Origin: an uncultured Candidatus Saccharibacteria bacterium | Lineage (GTDB): Bacteria > Patescibacteriota > Minisyncoccia > UBA6257 > UBA9933 | Length of the DNA stretch: 40,524 bases | Direction: 5' to 3' | Assembly (NCBI GenBank): GCA_964367055.1 | Contig: CAYIWD010000002.1 | Span: 1 to 40,524, forward strand | Shown here: positions 7,379-16,838 of the stretch, piece after piece | Layout: each line of letters starts with the position of its first letter | Position numbering within the stretch: position 1 is the first letter of the stretch | Translations under genes and position numbers: made by a program | Notes under the pieces: generated by a model | Seen by the model: only the letters and a program-made list of their open reading frames with translations | Database searches by the model: none | What the model was told of the DNA's origin: nothing

Positions 7379-9352
7379 TTACCTCAAAAATTTCACAATT
7401 AATAGTGCCACAATATTAATGACTTTAATTAAAGGATTAATCGCTGGACCAGCTGTGTCTTTGTAGGGGTCGCCGACCGTGTCGCCTGTTACTGCTGCTT
7501 TATGCGCTTCTGAACCTTTGCCGCCAAAATTTCCCGCTTCAATATATTTCTTGGCGTTGTCCCAAGCCGCGCCGCCTGAAGTCATTGAAATCGCCAAGAA
7601 AATTCCGGAAATGATTGAGCCGATTAAAAATCCACCAAGTGACCTCGCGCCCAAAACGAATCCTACTAATAAAACAGAAATAATCGGAATTAAAGCCGGT
7701 AAAATCATTTCTTTCAGAGCGGCTTTAGTGACGATATCAACGGCTGTATGATAATCAGGTTTGGTTGTACCCTCTATAATGCCTTTAATTTCTCTGAATT
7801 GACGCCTAACTTCTTCTACGACCGCGCCAGCGGTTTTCCCAACCGCCTTCATCGCAATTGAAGCGAAAATAAAAGGAACAGCGGCTCCCAAAAATAAACC
7901 GACAATTACATATGGGTCCTGAAGTTCAAATTTGATATTAACAATAAAACTTGATAGCTCTTGAGCGTAACTGGCAAATAAAACCAAAGCAGCAAGTCCT
8001 GCCGAGGCAATGGCATAACCCTTGGTCACGGCTTTAGTAGTGTTGCCTACTGCGTCTAAAGCGTCAGTAATACTTCTAACACTTTCCGGCTGTTCGGTCA
8101 TTTCTGAAATTCCGCCGGCATTATCAGTAATCGGGCCAAATGAATCAATCGCCACAATAATGCCAGCCACTGAAAGCATTGCCATAGCTGAAACCGCAAT
8201 GCCATAAAGTCCGGCCAACTCAAAACTTAAAAGCACGCCAATGCTTATTAAAATAATTGGCAAGAAAGTTGATTCCATCCCCACTGCCAAACCCATAATG
8301 ATATTAGTGCCGTGGCCAGAAGTTGAAGCTTTGGCAATTGATTGAACCGGCCTAAATTTTTTAGCAGTATAATAATCAGTAATTATAACCATTAAAACCA
8401 TTACGATTAAGCCGATTAACGCGCTAAAATAAATCGGCAGATAAACACTGGTAAAATAAAATCGCGTCAGCGGATAAAATAAAATCGCGGAAATTATTAA
8501 TGCCGCTATTAGTCCCTTATAGAGAGCGTTCATAATATTTTTTGATTTTCCGAGTTTAACAAAAAGACCGCCAACAACCGAAGCAAAAATACCTACGCCA
8601 GCCAAAGCCAAAGGAAAATAAATTCCTGTTTCTCCGAGCGTTAAAAATCCCAAGAGAATCGCTGCGGTCAAAGTGACAGCGTATGTTTCAAATAAATCAG
8701 CGGCCATACCAGAGCAATCGCCAACCATATCGCCTACCAAATCAGCCACCACTCCAGGATTTCTTGGGTCGTCTTCGGGGATTCCTGACTCAACCTTACC
8801 AACTAAGTCAGTACCTACATCAGCGGCTTTGGTATAAATGCCGCCGCCAAGCCGACTGAAAACAGAAATCAAACTGGCGCCAAAACTCAAACTAATTAAA
8901 AGTTTGACATCATTAGTTAAAAAATAAAATAAACTTACGGCAAGTAAAGCCAAAGCCACGACTAAAAATCCAGTCACTGTTCCGGCTTTAAAAGCCAAAG
9001 AAAGCGCCGAATTTAAACCATATTTGGCGGCTTCGGTAGTTTTGGAATTAGAGCGTACCGCGATATTCATTCCAATATAACCCGCTAATGCCGAAGCAAA
9101 AGCGCCGATTAAAAATCCCAGAACCGAGAGCCAGCCAAAAGCAAAATAAAGAGCAATGAAAATTATTAAAGCCACAATCGCCACGGTTTTATATTGGCGA
9201 TTAAGATAAGCTCTGGCGCCTAAGCGAATGGCTGAAGAAATTTCTTGCATTTTTTCACTGCCAGCTGGCTGTTTTTTCAGCCAAAAAATAATATAAGTGC
9301 TGTATAAAATAGCGACCGTGATGGGAAAAAAAGTTAAATAATAAATATTCAT
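7379..9352 (-). CDS. hppA: Membrane-bound proton-translocating pyrophosphatase, K+-independent type
   Basis: 657-aa polytopic protein with [29 protein letters not shown] and [14 protein letters not shown]. The motif [10 protein letters not shown] (Lys/Thr pair) is the published signature of K+-independent enzymes. Confidence 0.93.
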   Translation of the reverse strand: MNIYYLTFFPITVAILYSTYIIFWLKKQPAGSEKMQEISSAIRLGARAYLNRQYKTVAIVALIIFIALYFAFGWLSVLGFLIGAFASALAGYIGMNIAVRSNSKTTEAAKYGLNSALSLAFKAGTVTGFLVVALALLAVSLFYFLTNDVKLLISLSFGASLISVFSRLGGGIYTKAADVGTDLVGKVESGIPEDDPRNPGVVADLVGDMVGDCSGMAADLFETYAVTLTAAILLGFLTLGETGIYFPLALAGVGIFASVVGGLFVKLGKSKNIMNALYKGLIAALIISAILFYPLTRFYFTSVYLPIYFSALIGLIVMVLMVIITDYYTAKKFRPVQSIAKASTSGHGTNIIMGLAVGMESTFLPIILISIGVLLSFELAGLYGIAVSAMAMLSVAGIIVAIDSFGPITDNAGGISEMTEQPESVRSITDALDAVGNTTKAVTKGYAIASAGLAALVLFASYAQELSSFIVNIKFELQDPYVIVGLFLGAAVPFIFASIAMKAVGKTAGAVVEEVRRQFREIKGIIEGTTKPDYHTAVDIVTKAALKEMILPALIPIISVLLVGFVLGARSLGGFLIGSIISGIFLAISMTSGGAAWDNAKKYIEAGNFGGKGSEAHKAAVTGDTVGDPYKDTAGPAINPLIKVINIVALLIVKFLR

Positions 9353-10554
9353 ATATTTTCTTTTTTGTTTTCTTCTTGTTTTTCTTCTTGTTTTTCGGAC
9401 TCTTCCGCAGCGGCATTTTCAACGTTTAATTTTTTCGTATCAAACTGAATCACTTCTGGTCTTGAGGAAGAACGGACATCAATTTTCCAGCCGGTTAATT
9501 TTGCCGCTAATCTGACATTTTGCCCGCCTTTACCAATCGCCAAACTTAATTGGTCTTCAGGCACCAAAACTCTGGCTTCGCGCCGGGGCAAAATCTCTAC
9601 TGAAACAACTTTTGCCGGCGACAATGAAGAAGCGATAAATTTTTCCGGGTCTTCTGACCATTGAATAATATCAATTTTTTCATTGCCAAGTTCATTAGTA
9701 ACTGCCATTACCCGAGTGCCGCGCTGACCAACCAAAGAGCCAATCGGGTCCACTCCTTCTGTTTTTGAAACAGCCGCGATTTTTGTTCGGCTACCCGCTT
9801 CCCGCGCTACTGCCTTAATCTCTACTAAGTCATCATGGATTTCCGGCACCTCTAATTCAAAAAGTTTAATCACAAATTGAGGATGACTGCGGGAAAGAAT
9901 TAACCCCGGTATTTTTGTTTCTTCTTGAACCGCTAAGAGATAAAAACGCAGTCGCTCATTAATTCTATAATGTTCGCCGGGAATTGTTTCATTATAAAAC
10001 ATAATGCCAGTAGCCCTACCTAAATCAATATAAACGCTTCCCCGCTCAATTCTTTGAACTACGCCGCTTATAATTTCTCCTTCTTTGCCAGCATATTCTT
10101 TTCTAACCGAATCTCTTTCCACTTCTCTTAATTTCTGGAGTATTACTTGTTTAGCAGCTTGAGAGGCAATTCTGCCAAAATCACTATGCTCTTCAAGGGG
10201 CAATTCTAATTCTTCGCCAATTTGAATATCGGATTTTATTTGTTTCGCCTCCGCAATTAATATGTGGCGGTCTGGATTATAAACAGGCAACGGCTCGTCC
10301 TTTTCTGTCTCTGCTTCCTCATCCTCTTTCATTCTAACCGAATTTTCATCGGCCACGATTTTTATCTGCCAAAAACTTAACTGGCCGGTTTTGGGATTAA
10401 TCCGGCATTTAATGATTTCTCCCCTTTTTCGATACTCTTTCCGGTAAGCCGCGGCAATCGCTGTTTCAATAGCTGATAAAACCGCTTCTGGTTCAATTCC
10501 TCTTTCTTGAGCAATTGTTTCCATTGCCCGGTTTAAAGCTTTTAAATCTAACAT
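9349..10554 (-). CDS. nusA: Transcription termination/antitermination factor NusA
   Basis: The N-terminal NusA domain, an S1 domain ([21 protein letters not shown]) and two KH domains (GQRGTRV.., [11 protein letters not shown]) are recognisable. There is a K/E-rich tail. Confidence 0.93.
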   Translation of the reverse strand: MLDLKALNRAMETIAQERGIEPEAVLSAIETAIAAAYRKEYRKRGEIIKCRINPKTGQLSFWQIKIVADENSVRMKEDEEAETEKDEPLPVYNPDRHILIAEAKQIKSDIQIGEELELPLEEHSDFGRIASQAAKQVILQKLREVERDSVRKEYAGKEGEIISGVVQRIERGSVYIDLGRATGIMFYNETIPGEHYRINERLRFYLLAVQEETKIPGLILSRSHPQFVIKLFELEVPEIHDDLVEIKAVAREAGSRTKIAAVSKTEGVDPIGSLVGQRGTRVMAVTNELGNEKIDIIQWSEDPEKFIASSLSPAKVVSVEILPRREARVLVPEDQLSLAIGKGGQNVRLAAKLTGWKIDVRSSSRPEVIQFDTKKLNVENAAAEESEKQEEKQEENKKENI

Positions 10555-10589
10555 TAATTTTAAGATTAAACCAAAAAAACGAAAATGTC

Positions 10590-10621
10590 AAAATAATAAA
10601 GGCTCTTTCTGCGGAGCCTTT
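10590..10621 (-). terminator. Intrinsic terminator of the mini-peptide gene
   Basis: AAAGGCTC/GAGCCTTT stem (10598-10605 with 10614-10621), followed on the minus strand by ATTATTTT. Confidence 0.55.
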
Positions 10622-10700
10622 ATACTTTCAAAATCTTACCAACAGCCATAACAATGACTAAAAGAATAATAATTATTCCAAGTACTAATTCCTCAGCCAT
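10620..10700 (-). CDS. 26-28 aa hydrophobic mini-peptide with its own SD and terminator (not in the ORF track)
   Basis: Hand translation gives (MM)MAEELVLGIIIILLVIVMAVGKILKV. SD AAGGAGGTG (revcomp of 10707-10715) lies directly upstream of three tandem ATGs at 10698-10706. The hairpin terminator overlaps the stop. Confidence 0.45.
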   Translation of the reverse strand: MAEELVLGIIIILLVIVMAVGKILKV

Positions 10701-10725
10701 CATCATCACCTCCTTATAAAAATAA

Positions 10726-11724
10726 TTACAAAGAACGTTTTTTTATAACTCTTTTCACTGCTTCTTTAATATCTTTTACTCCTAATCCGTATTTTTTGAA
10801 TAATTCTTCTGGTTTGCCGCTTTCGCCAAAAATATCGCGGCTGCCGATAAATTCCATTGGCGTCGGGAAATTTTTCACCAAGACCTCGCTAATTGCGCTG
10901 CCTAATCCTCCAAAAATATTATGTTCTTCAACGCTTACAACTGCTCCGCATTTTTTGGCTAATTCAATAATTTTATTTTCATCAATCGGTTTAATTGTGT
11001 GATTATTCAAAACAATGGTACTGATTTTTTCTTTTTCTAATTCTTCAGCTGCTAGTAAAGCGTTATATAAAACAGGGCCGCAACCGATAATCAAAACTTG
11101 CGGCTTCTTGCTCTCCCAAAAAATTTCAGCTTTGCCAGGAATAAAAGGCGTATCTTTGGTCGTAAAAACCGGTGTTTTCTCACGGGCTAATCTTATATAA
11201 ACGGGGCCAGATATTTTAGCAGCTAACAACGTGACTTTTTGCGCTTCTAAAGCATCGGCTGGCACAATTACTTTCATATTCGGCAAAATCCGCATTAAGG
11301 CAATATCTTCTAATGCCTGATGAGTGGCGCCGTCGTAGCCAGTTAAAAGTCCGGTGTGATGCCCAACAACTTTCACATTAGCATCATTATAACAAATCAT
11401 GGTTCTGATTTGCTCCCAGTTTCGGCCAGGAGAAAAAACCGCGTAAGCCGCGATAAAAGGAATTTTTCCAGACATTGCTAAACCGGCGGCTACGCCAACT
11501 AAATTCTGTTCGCTAATTCCCACTTGAAAAAATCTTTCAGGAAATTTTTCCGCCAATAAATTACACCGGCAAGAACTAGCCACATCAGCGGAAAGCGCCA
11601 CGACATTAGAATTTTCTTCAGCTGCTATAAGTAAACCTTCGCCAAAACCATCTCTTGTGGCAGCCATCTCAATTTCACCCATATCAAATATTTTAGAATT
11701 TAATTTTGCCTCTGTATTAATCAT
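10726..11724 (-). CDS. tkt: Transketolase, C-terminal (pyrimidine-binding) subunit
   Basis: ISEQNLVGVAAGLAMSGKIPF and GATHQALEDIALMR are present. It overlaps the N-terminal subunit gene by 8 nt, as in split transketolases. Confidence 0.9.
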   Translation of the reverse strand: MINTEAKLNSKIFDMGEIEMAATRDGFGEGLLIAAEENSNVVALSADVASSCRCNLLAEKFPERFFQVGISEQNLVGVAAGLAMSGKIPFIAAYAVFSPGRNWEQIRTMICYNDANVKVVGHHTGLLTGYDGATHQALEDIALMRILPNMKVIVPADALEAQKVTLLAAKISGPVYIRLAREKTPVFTTKDTPFIPGKAEIFWESKKPQVLIIGCGPVLYNALLAAEELEKEKISTIVLNNHTIKPIDENKIIELAKKCGAVVSVEEHNIFGGLGSAISEVLVKNFPTPMEFIGSRDIFGESGKPEELFKKYGLGVKDIKEAVKRVIKKRSL

Positions 11725-12574
11725 CGCTAATTATTTTGCCGTTAAGAGTTCTAAGTTGCGACAAGGCTTCATGCGCTTGTATTTTATCAATTGAATGAGC
11801 GTGCCACCTAAAATCAAATTCCATAAAATCCACGCCTTTGCCAGCAATGGTATGAGCAATAACCACTAATGGTTTTTCAAAAATCGCTTTAGCTTCGTTT
11901 ATTGCGTCAACAAATTCTTCAATGTTGTGACCGTCAACCTCAAGCACGTGCCAATTAAATGATTCGTATTTTTCTCGCAATGACTCAAGCGGCATTATGC
12001 TTTCAGTAAAGCCGTCGCTTTGGATGTTATTTCTATCAATAACTGCGGTCAGATTGCTTAAGCGATATTTAGCAGCCAACATCACTGCTTCCCAAATATT
12101 GCCGCAATCTTGTTCGCCGTCTGACATTATACAATAGGTACGATGCTTCTTATTATCCAAGCGAGCGGCTAAAGCGATGCCAATAGCTTGAGACAGACCT
12201 TCGCCTAGTGGTCCCGAAGAAGTTTCAATGCCCGGCAATGCCTTACGATAAGGATGGCCTTGTAAACGGCTGCCTAACTTTCTTAAAGTTTTTAATTCTT
12301 CAATCGGAAAATAGCCAGCCCGAGCCAAAGCCGCGTATTGAATTGGACAAATATGACCGTTAGATAAAATCAAACGGTCTCTATCAACCCAATTCGGATT
12401 TTTCAGGTCGTGGTTTAAAATATGAAAATAAAAAGCGCTGAAAATATCGGCCATTCCCAAAGCGCCGGCCGGATGACCAGAACCGGCCGCAACTATCATC
12501 TCAATTACATCTTGGCGCAGAGTATTAGCAATTTCTTCAAGAAATTTTAATTTATTCTCGTGGAGAATTTCCAT
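11717..12574 (-). CDS. tkt: Transketolase, N-terminal (TPP-binding) subunit
   Basis: GSGHPAGALGMADIFSAFYF, GPLGEGLSQAIG and MSDGEQDCGNIWEA are present. Confidence 0.9.
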   Translation of the reverse strand: MEILHENKLKFLEEIANTLRQDVIEMIVAAGSGHPAGALGMADIFSAFYFHILNHDLKNPNWVDRDRLILSNGHICPIQYAALARAGYFPIEELKTLRKLGSRLQGHPYRKALPGIETSSGPLGEGLSQAIGIALAARLDNKKHRTYCIMSDGEQDCGNIWEAVMLAAKYRLSNLTAVIDRNNIQSDGFTESIMPLESLREKYESFNWHVLEVDGHNIEEFVDAINEAKAIFEKPLVVIAHTIAGKGVDFMEFDFRWHAHSIDKIQAHEALSQLRTLNGKIISDD

Positions 12575-13020
12575 TATGTTTCTAACTCGCTAATTTTTTG
12601 TAGCCGACGGTTGAAATTTTCTTGGTTTGAAAAGGGAGTGACGAGCCAAGTGCTTAAAATTTTTTTAGCATCGTCTTCGGCCAGAAAATCAGCGGCCAAA
12701 GACAAGATATTCGTATCGTCATCATTGCGACTTGAATACGCTTGGTCTGGACTGCTGACCGAAGCCGAGCGTATCCCCTTAAATTTATTGGCCGCAATAT
12801 CCATTCCAACGCCTGAGCCACAAATTAAAATTCCCCGACGAGTTAGCGTATCTTGGCTGACAGCCCGACTAACCAATTTGGCGAAATCCGGATAGTCATC
12901 ATTTTCGTCATAATGGTCATTGCCCACATCCACCACTTCATAACCTTGGTCTTTTAAAAATTTTTTGAGAGTTTCTTTTAATTGAAATCCCCTGTGGTCA
13001 GCGCCGATGTAAATTAGCAT
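12574..13020 (-). CDS. rpiB: Ribose-5-phosphate isomerase B
   Basis: IGADHRGFQLKE and ICGSGVGMDIAANKFKGIRSA are present. A TAATG overlap links it to tkt. Confidence 0.9.
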   Translation of the reverse strand: MLIYIGADHRGFQLKETLKKFLKDQGYEVVDVGNDHYDENDDYPDFAKLVSRAVSQDTLTRRGILICGSGVGMDIAANKFKGIRSASVSSPDQAYSSRNDDDTNILSLAADFLAEDDAKKILSTWLVTPFSNQENFNRRLQKISELET

Positions 13021-13078
13021 ACATATTTATTATACTTCAATTTGTGATTAGTGGCTATTAGTTTTATATTAGTGGCCA

Positions 13079-14158
13079 TTAGTGGATTAATTCTGGTTGA
13101 AAAGCATTGTTGATTCTTATTTTTAGAGGCGAAATTTCAAAAACTTTTTTGTTTTTTATAATGACTTTCAAAATTAGTCCTTCTGCGGTTTCTTTTGAAA
13201 AATTCTGGTCAAAAACAAAATTACCCAAACTATAAGCAATCCAACCTTTATTATATTGTTCAAGTTCTTGAATCGTATGTGGATGATGACCAATAATTAA
13301 ATCCGCGCCAGCGTCAATTAAATCGTGCGCTATGCGCTTTTGCGATTCGCTTGCTTTTGTCTGATATTCTTCTCCCCAGTGAAAAGAAACAATAATAATA
13401 TCGGCTAAGTTTAAAGCTTTCAGCTGTTGAATATCGATTTTCGCTTTTTCAAGCTCAAACGAGTTTATTCCCGGAGAATTTTCTGCGGCCTGCAAACTCT
13501 TCGGATAAAGATTGGTATAAGCAAAAAAGGCGACCTTTAATCTTTGGACGTCTGACGTCACTATATGGACGTCAGACGTCCCTAAATTAATATCAAAAAT
13601 ATCCGGTAAATTTGCTTCTTGATAATTTCTTCCTGCGCCAATAGTTTCTATGCTGTTATGCTGTAGCATAACAGTGGTATCTTCCAACGCTTCTTTTCCC
13701 CAATCCCAGATATGATTATTTGCCAAAGACAAAATATCAAAGCCAGCGAATTTTAATCCCCCGATTACTTCTGGCTCGGCTCTAAAAGAATAAACACTGC
13801 CTTGTTTTTCACCCCTGTTAGAAATCGGTCCTTCTAAATTGCCAAAAGTAAAATCAGCTTCTTGGGTGGTTGTCGCAATTTTTAAAAATGGATAATTATA
13901 ATCTTGATGTTTTTTAATTTGAGTTGCTACTCCTCTTGAGAGCATTATATCGCCGACAAATAAAAGTGTAATTGGCTTTTCTTGAAAAAACTGCTTTAAA
14001 CGTTCTGCTCCGGTTAGCTGGAACGCTAATAATTTTGTTTGTAAATTTGAGGCAACGGCTTTTTCGTAAAAATTAAAAAAATACTGGCCATAGCTAATTA
14101 AGCCGCCAGCCAAAGCTGAAAAAATTGCGAGAAAAAATAAAAAATATAAATAACGCAC
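13079..14158 (-). CDS. CapA/PgsA-family metallophosphatase-like protein with N-terminal anchor
   Basis: FVGDIMLSR, SLANNHIWDWG, SFHWGEEY and IGHHPH are present. It contains an in-frame 36-bp palindrome (see findings). Confidence 0.75.
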   Translation of the reverse strand: MRYLYFLFFLAIFSALAGGLISYGQYFFNFYEKAVASNLQTKLLAFQLTGAERLKQFFQEKPITLLFVGDIMLSRGVATQIKKHQDYNYPFLKIATTTQEADFTFGNLEGPISNRGEKQGSVYSFRAEPEVIGGLKFAGFDILSLANNHIWDWGKEALEDTTVMLQHNSIETIGAGRNYQEANLPDIFDINLGTSDVHIVTSDVQRLKVAFFAYTNLYPKSLQAAENSPGINSFELEKAKIDIQQLKALNLADIIIVSFHWGEEYQTKASESQKRIAHDLIDAGADLIIGHHPHTIQELEQYNKGWIAYSLGNFVFDQNFSKETAEGLILKVIIKNKKVFEISPLKIRINNAFQPELIH

Positions 14159-14178
14159 TATTTTAAATGTTAAGCTTT

Positions 14179-14799
14179 TTATTGGGAAGTCGGGTAAGAT
14201 ATATAATTTAAAGTGGCACTTTCAACTTCTGAATATTCTTTTAAATCTTCTATCCACTGTTTTTCTGTCCCGGGCTTAACTTTAACCACGTAATAATCCC
14301 AAATATAAATATCGTCATCGTTATATAAAAGCTGATATTTGTCTAAAATTTTCTTTATTTCATTTTCAGTGATGTCGTTTTTAAAATCACATACAGCCGG
14401 TCGTATTCCAGGATTTTCATAACATTTTTTAACCTCCGGCTCTTTATTGAGTTCGGATAAAATAAACTCAAGCGAGTCTTGCTCTTTTACGCTAAAAAAT
14501 GCGCTTGGCGACTCGTCCATAAAGTAATTAGCACTATCTAATTGCAAATCCAGTTTTTGGAAAAACACCAATGCATCACTCTTTTTAAAATTATTGTTGA
14601 AATTAACTATTATCTGACCACAAACATACTCTCCGTTTTGACACGAAGTAAATAAAAGAAAATAATAAGCCCCGCCAGCCACAACTAAAACTCCAACAAT
14701 TATCAAAATTATCGCAATTGGCGCAAAAGCTTTTATCCTGCCGCCTCTGGCGAGCCTCGCCTTTGGCGGGAGCGAAGTCGAAGGATTTTGATTATTCAT
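14179..14799 (-). CDS. N-terminally anchored protein sharing the family A anchor; C-terminal domain unrelated
   Basis: The anchor KAFAPIAIILIIVGVLVVAGG is about 85-90% identical at DNA level to the other two copies. The cytoplasmic tail carries an extra GC-rich insert. Confidence 0.65.
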   Translation of the reverse strand: MNNQNPSTSLPPKARLARGGRIKAFAPIAIILIIVGVLVVAGGAYYFLLFTSCQNGEYVCGQIIVNFNNNFKKSDALVFFQKLDLQLDSANYFMDESPSAFFSVKEQDSLEFILSELNKEPEVKKCYENPGIRPAVCDFKNDITENEIKKILDKYQLLYNDDDIYIWDYYVVKVKPGTEKQWIEDLKEYSEVESATLNYISYPTSQ

Positions 14800-15359
14800 A
14801 AAAGTTTGTTTAAAATCTTAAAAACGCCTAATTTTTTCGCCCATTGAGTCAAGTATTTCATATCTAATTTTTCCCCAGATATTCTAAATATTGACCTTGC
14901 GTCATCTAACTGACGTTCAGAGGGAGACATTTTATGCCAAAGTAATTTAATCAAAATCAAATCTTCCGCTGAACTAAAATAAACTTTTTCTCCAAAAATT
15001 TTTTTTGCCACTCTCCTTTTTATTCTTGAAGCATCAAAAGCGTCATTCTCTTTTAAAATCCAGAAATCAACTTTTACTCCGGTTGTCCAATCAATGAAAT
15101 TGAATTCGCTTCTTTTTGCCAAGGCCTGGCGCATTAAATCTGTATCAAAATATCCGGCTTTCCCTAATTTTGATAAACCGCGCTCTAAATTATCAATATC
15201 ATCTTCTTTTAATTCCACTACAATGTCAATATCCGCAGTAAATCTTGGTCTGCCCCAAATTAAAACCGCGATGCCGCCAGTCACAATATATGGTATTTTT
15301 AGCCGATTCAAAATCTTAGCAATATCAACCAGAAGATCTCTTGGGTCGATTTGTTTCAT
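14796..15359 (-). CDS. Nucleotidyltransferase-fold protein (MNT/AbiEii-like), putative toxin-antitoxin component
   Basis: Motif TGGIAVLIWGRPRFTADIDIVV matches the GG..G-x-R-x-T-x-DxD pattern of the pol-beta NTase fold. A small overlapping ORF lies upstream. Confidence 0.55.
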   Translation of the reverse strand: MKQIDPRDLLVDIAKILNRLKIPYIVTGGIAVLIWGRPRFTADIDIVVELKEDDIDNLERGLSKLGKAGYFDTDLMRQALAKRSEFNFIDWTTGVKVDFWILKENDAFDASRIKRRVAKKIFGEKVYFSSAEDLILIKLLWHKMSPSERQLDDARSIFRISGEKLDMKYLTQWAKKLGVFKILNKLL

Positions 15360-15525
15360 AATGAATTTTCCCTTTAGATAAATCTTTAATCAATTTGAAA
15401 AAATTAGACCACAACTCTATCTTTCTTTCGGCTGACATTTTTTTGAACAAGTCGTCTTGAATATCCTGACCAGTTTTACCTTTAGGCCACTTAAATAAAT
15501 TAATTATTTTTGTTTTTTGTTTCAT
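15325..15525 (-). CDS. Small partner protein (66 aa) upstream of the NTase gene
   Basis: The ORF overlaps the NTase start by 35 nt. No family recognised. Confidence 0.4.
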   Translation of the reverse strand: MKQKTKIINLFKWPKGKTGQDIQDDLFKKMSAERKIELWSNFFKLIKDLSKGKIHYETNRPKRSSG

Positions 15526-15644
15526 TTAAAAATGCCCGATATTGATATTTATTTTAAAAACTCCGATAGCGAACAACAAAACCACTATCAGCCAAATTAA
15601 TACCACAATTCCCATGCCAATCAGAAAATATTTTAAATACTTGC

Positions 15645-16715
15645 TCACAAATTTTCTGCTGCTTTAAGCACGTGTTTTAGAAGCATGGCGCAATAACCCC
15701 ATTCGTTATCATACCAGCTCAAAACTTTTACTAAATCTCCACTAACCACCTTGGTGAATTTCAAATCAACAATCGCAGCGTACGGCTCGCCAATAATATC
15801 AGATGAAACAACTTCTCCGTCAGCGATTTTCAAAATCCCCTGCCACTTTTGGCTTTTCGCGGCACGTTTAAAAATCTCATTTATTTCTTCAACCGAAGTT
15901 TTCTTTTTTGATACAAAAGTAATATCCGCGATTGAGCCGGTGATAATCGGTACTCTTAAGGCAATACCATCAAATTTATTTTCTAAATCTTTTAAAACGC
16001 GGGTAACGGCAATTGCCGCGCCAGTCGTGGAAGGCACGATGTTTTGCGCTCCGGCTCTGCCGCGCCGCATATCGCTTCCCTTAACAGGCGAATCAACAAT
16101 TGATTGGGTGGCAGTATAAGCGTGAATAGTATTTAAAACCGCCTTCTCAATGCCGGGATTTTCCGACATAATAGCCATCACCGGATAAACCGCGTTAGTG
16201 GTACACGATGCGTTAGTTGATAATTTTATATTTTTCAATTCGTCGTCATTTAAGCCGACAAAAATTGTTTTTCCACCATCTACTCCTTCTTTATCCTTGG
16301 CTGGCGCGGTAATCACCACTTTTTTAGCACCGGCGTCCAGATGAACTTTAGCTTTTTCAAATGATTCAAAAGCACCGGTTGATTCAACCACAATGTCAAC
16401 TTTTAAATCTTTCCAAGGAAGTTTACTCGGGTCTTTTTCCTGGAAAAATTTAATTTTCTTTCCATCAACAATTAATTCACCCTTGGCGCTTGATACTTTT
16501 CCCGGAAATTGTCGATAAACCGAGTCGTATTTCAGAAGATAAGCCAGATTTTCTAAATCGCCTAAGTCATTAATAGCGACAATTTCCAGATTCGGCTCGT
16601 TAATCACTTGCCGAAAGAACAATCGCCCAATTCGACCGAAACCATTAATAGCAATCCTTCGGCTCTGCTCAGGATTGCCCTGAACCTGTTGAGGGGCAAT
16701 TTTTGTTTTAGCCAT
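15645..16715 (-). CDS. gap: Glyceraldehyde-3-phosphate dehydrogenase
   Basis: INGFGRIGR, NASCTTNA and WYDNEWGY are present. The start is moved to the ATG at 16715 (MAKTKIAP) because the track start at 16751 falls inside the -35 box. Confidence 0.93.
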   Translation of the reverse strand: MAKTKIAPQQVQGNPEQSRRIAINGFGRIGRLFFRQVINEPNLEIVAINDLGDLENLAYLLKYDSVYRQFPGKVSSAKGELIVDGKKIKFFQEKDPSKLPWKDLKVDIVVESTGAFESFEKAKVHLDAGAKKVVITAPAKDKEGVDGGKTIFVGLNDDELKNIKLSTNASCTTNAVYPVMAIMSENPGIEKAVLNTIHAYTATQSIVDSPVKGSDMRRGRAGAQNIVPSTTGAAIAVTRVLKDLENKFDGIALRVPIITGSIADITFVSKKKTSVEEINEIFKRAAKSQKWQGILKIADGEVVSSDIIGEPYAAIVDLKFTKVVSGDLVKVLSWYDNEWGYCAMLLKHVLKAAENL

Positions 16716-16722
16716 ATTCTTA

Positions 16723-16751
16723 ATTATATAAATTAAAACAAAAAACAGCAA
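16723..16751 (-). promoter_or_regulatory. Near-consensus promoter giving a leaderless gap mRNA
   Basis: On the minus strand: TTGCTG, 17 nt, TATAAT, 7 nt, then ATG. Confidence 0.5.
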
Positions 16752-16838
16752 TATTGAAACTTGAATAATATTATTGCTAAATCCGATAATAATTAGTAAG
16801 ATTTAATTAGCAAATTGACATAAAAGGAGGTGTTAAAG

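Noticed and set aside
7479-8207. Plus-strand ORFs 7479-7751 and 8022-8207
   Set aside because: They are antisense to the well-supported pyrophosphatase gene. Their A/P/S-rich translations are typical of antisense frames of membrane-protein genes.
12560-12895. Plus-strand ORF of 111 aa
   Set aside because: It is antisense to rpiB, whose catalytic motifs are intact. It has no SD or promoter.
15526-15615. 29-aa hydrophobic ORF (MGIVVLIWLIVVLLFAIGVFKININIGHF) between gap and the NTase pair
   Set aside because: It has no SD and no recognisable promoter or terminator. Short hydrophobic ORFs arise easily in AT-rich DNA. It is not reported as a feature but is worth a conservation check.
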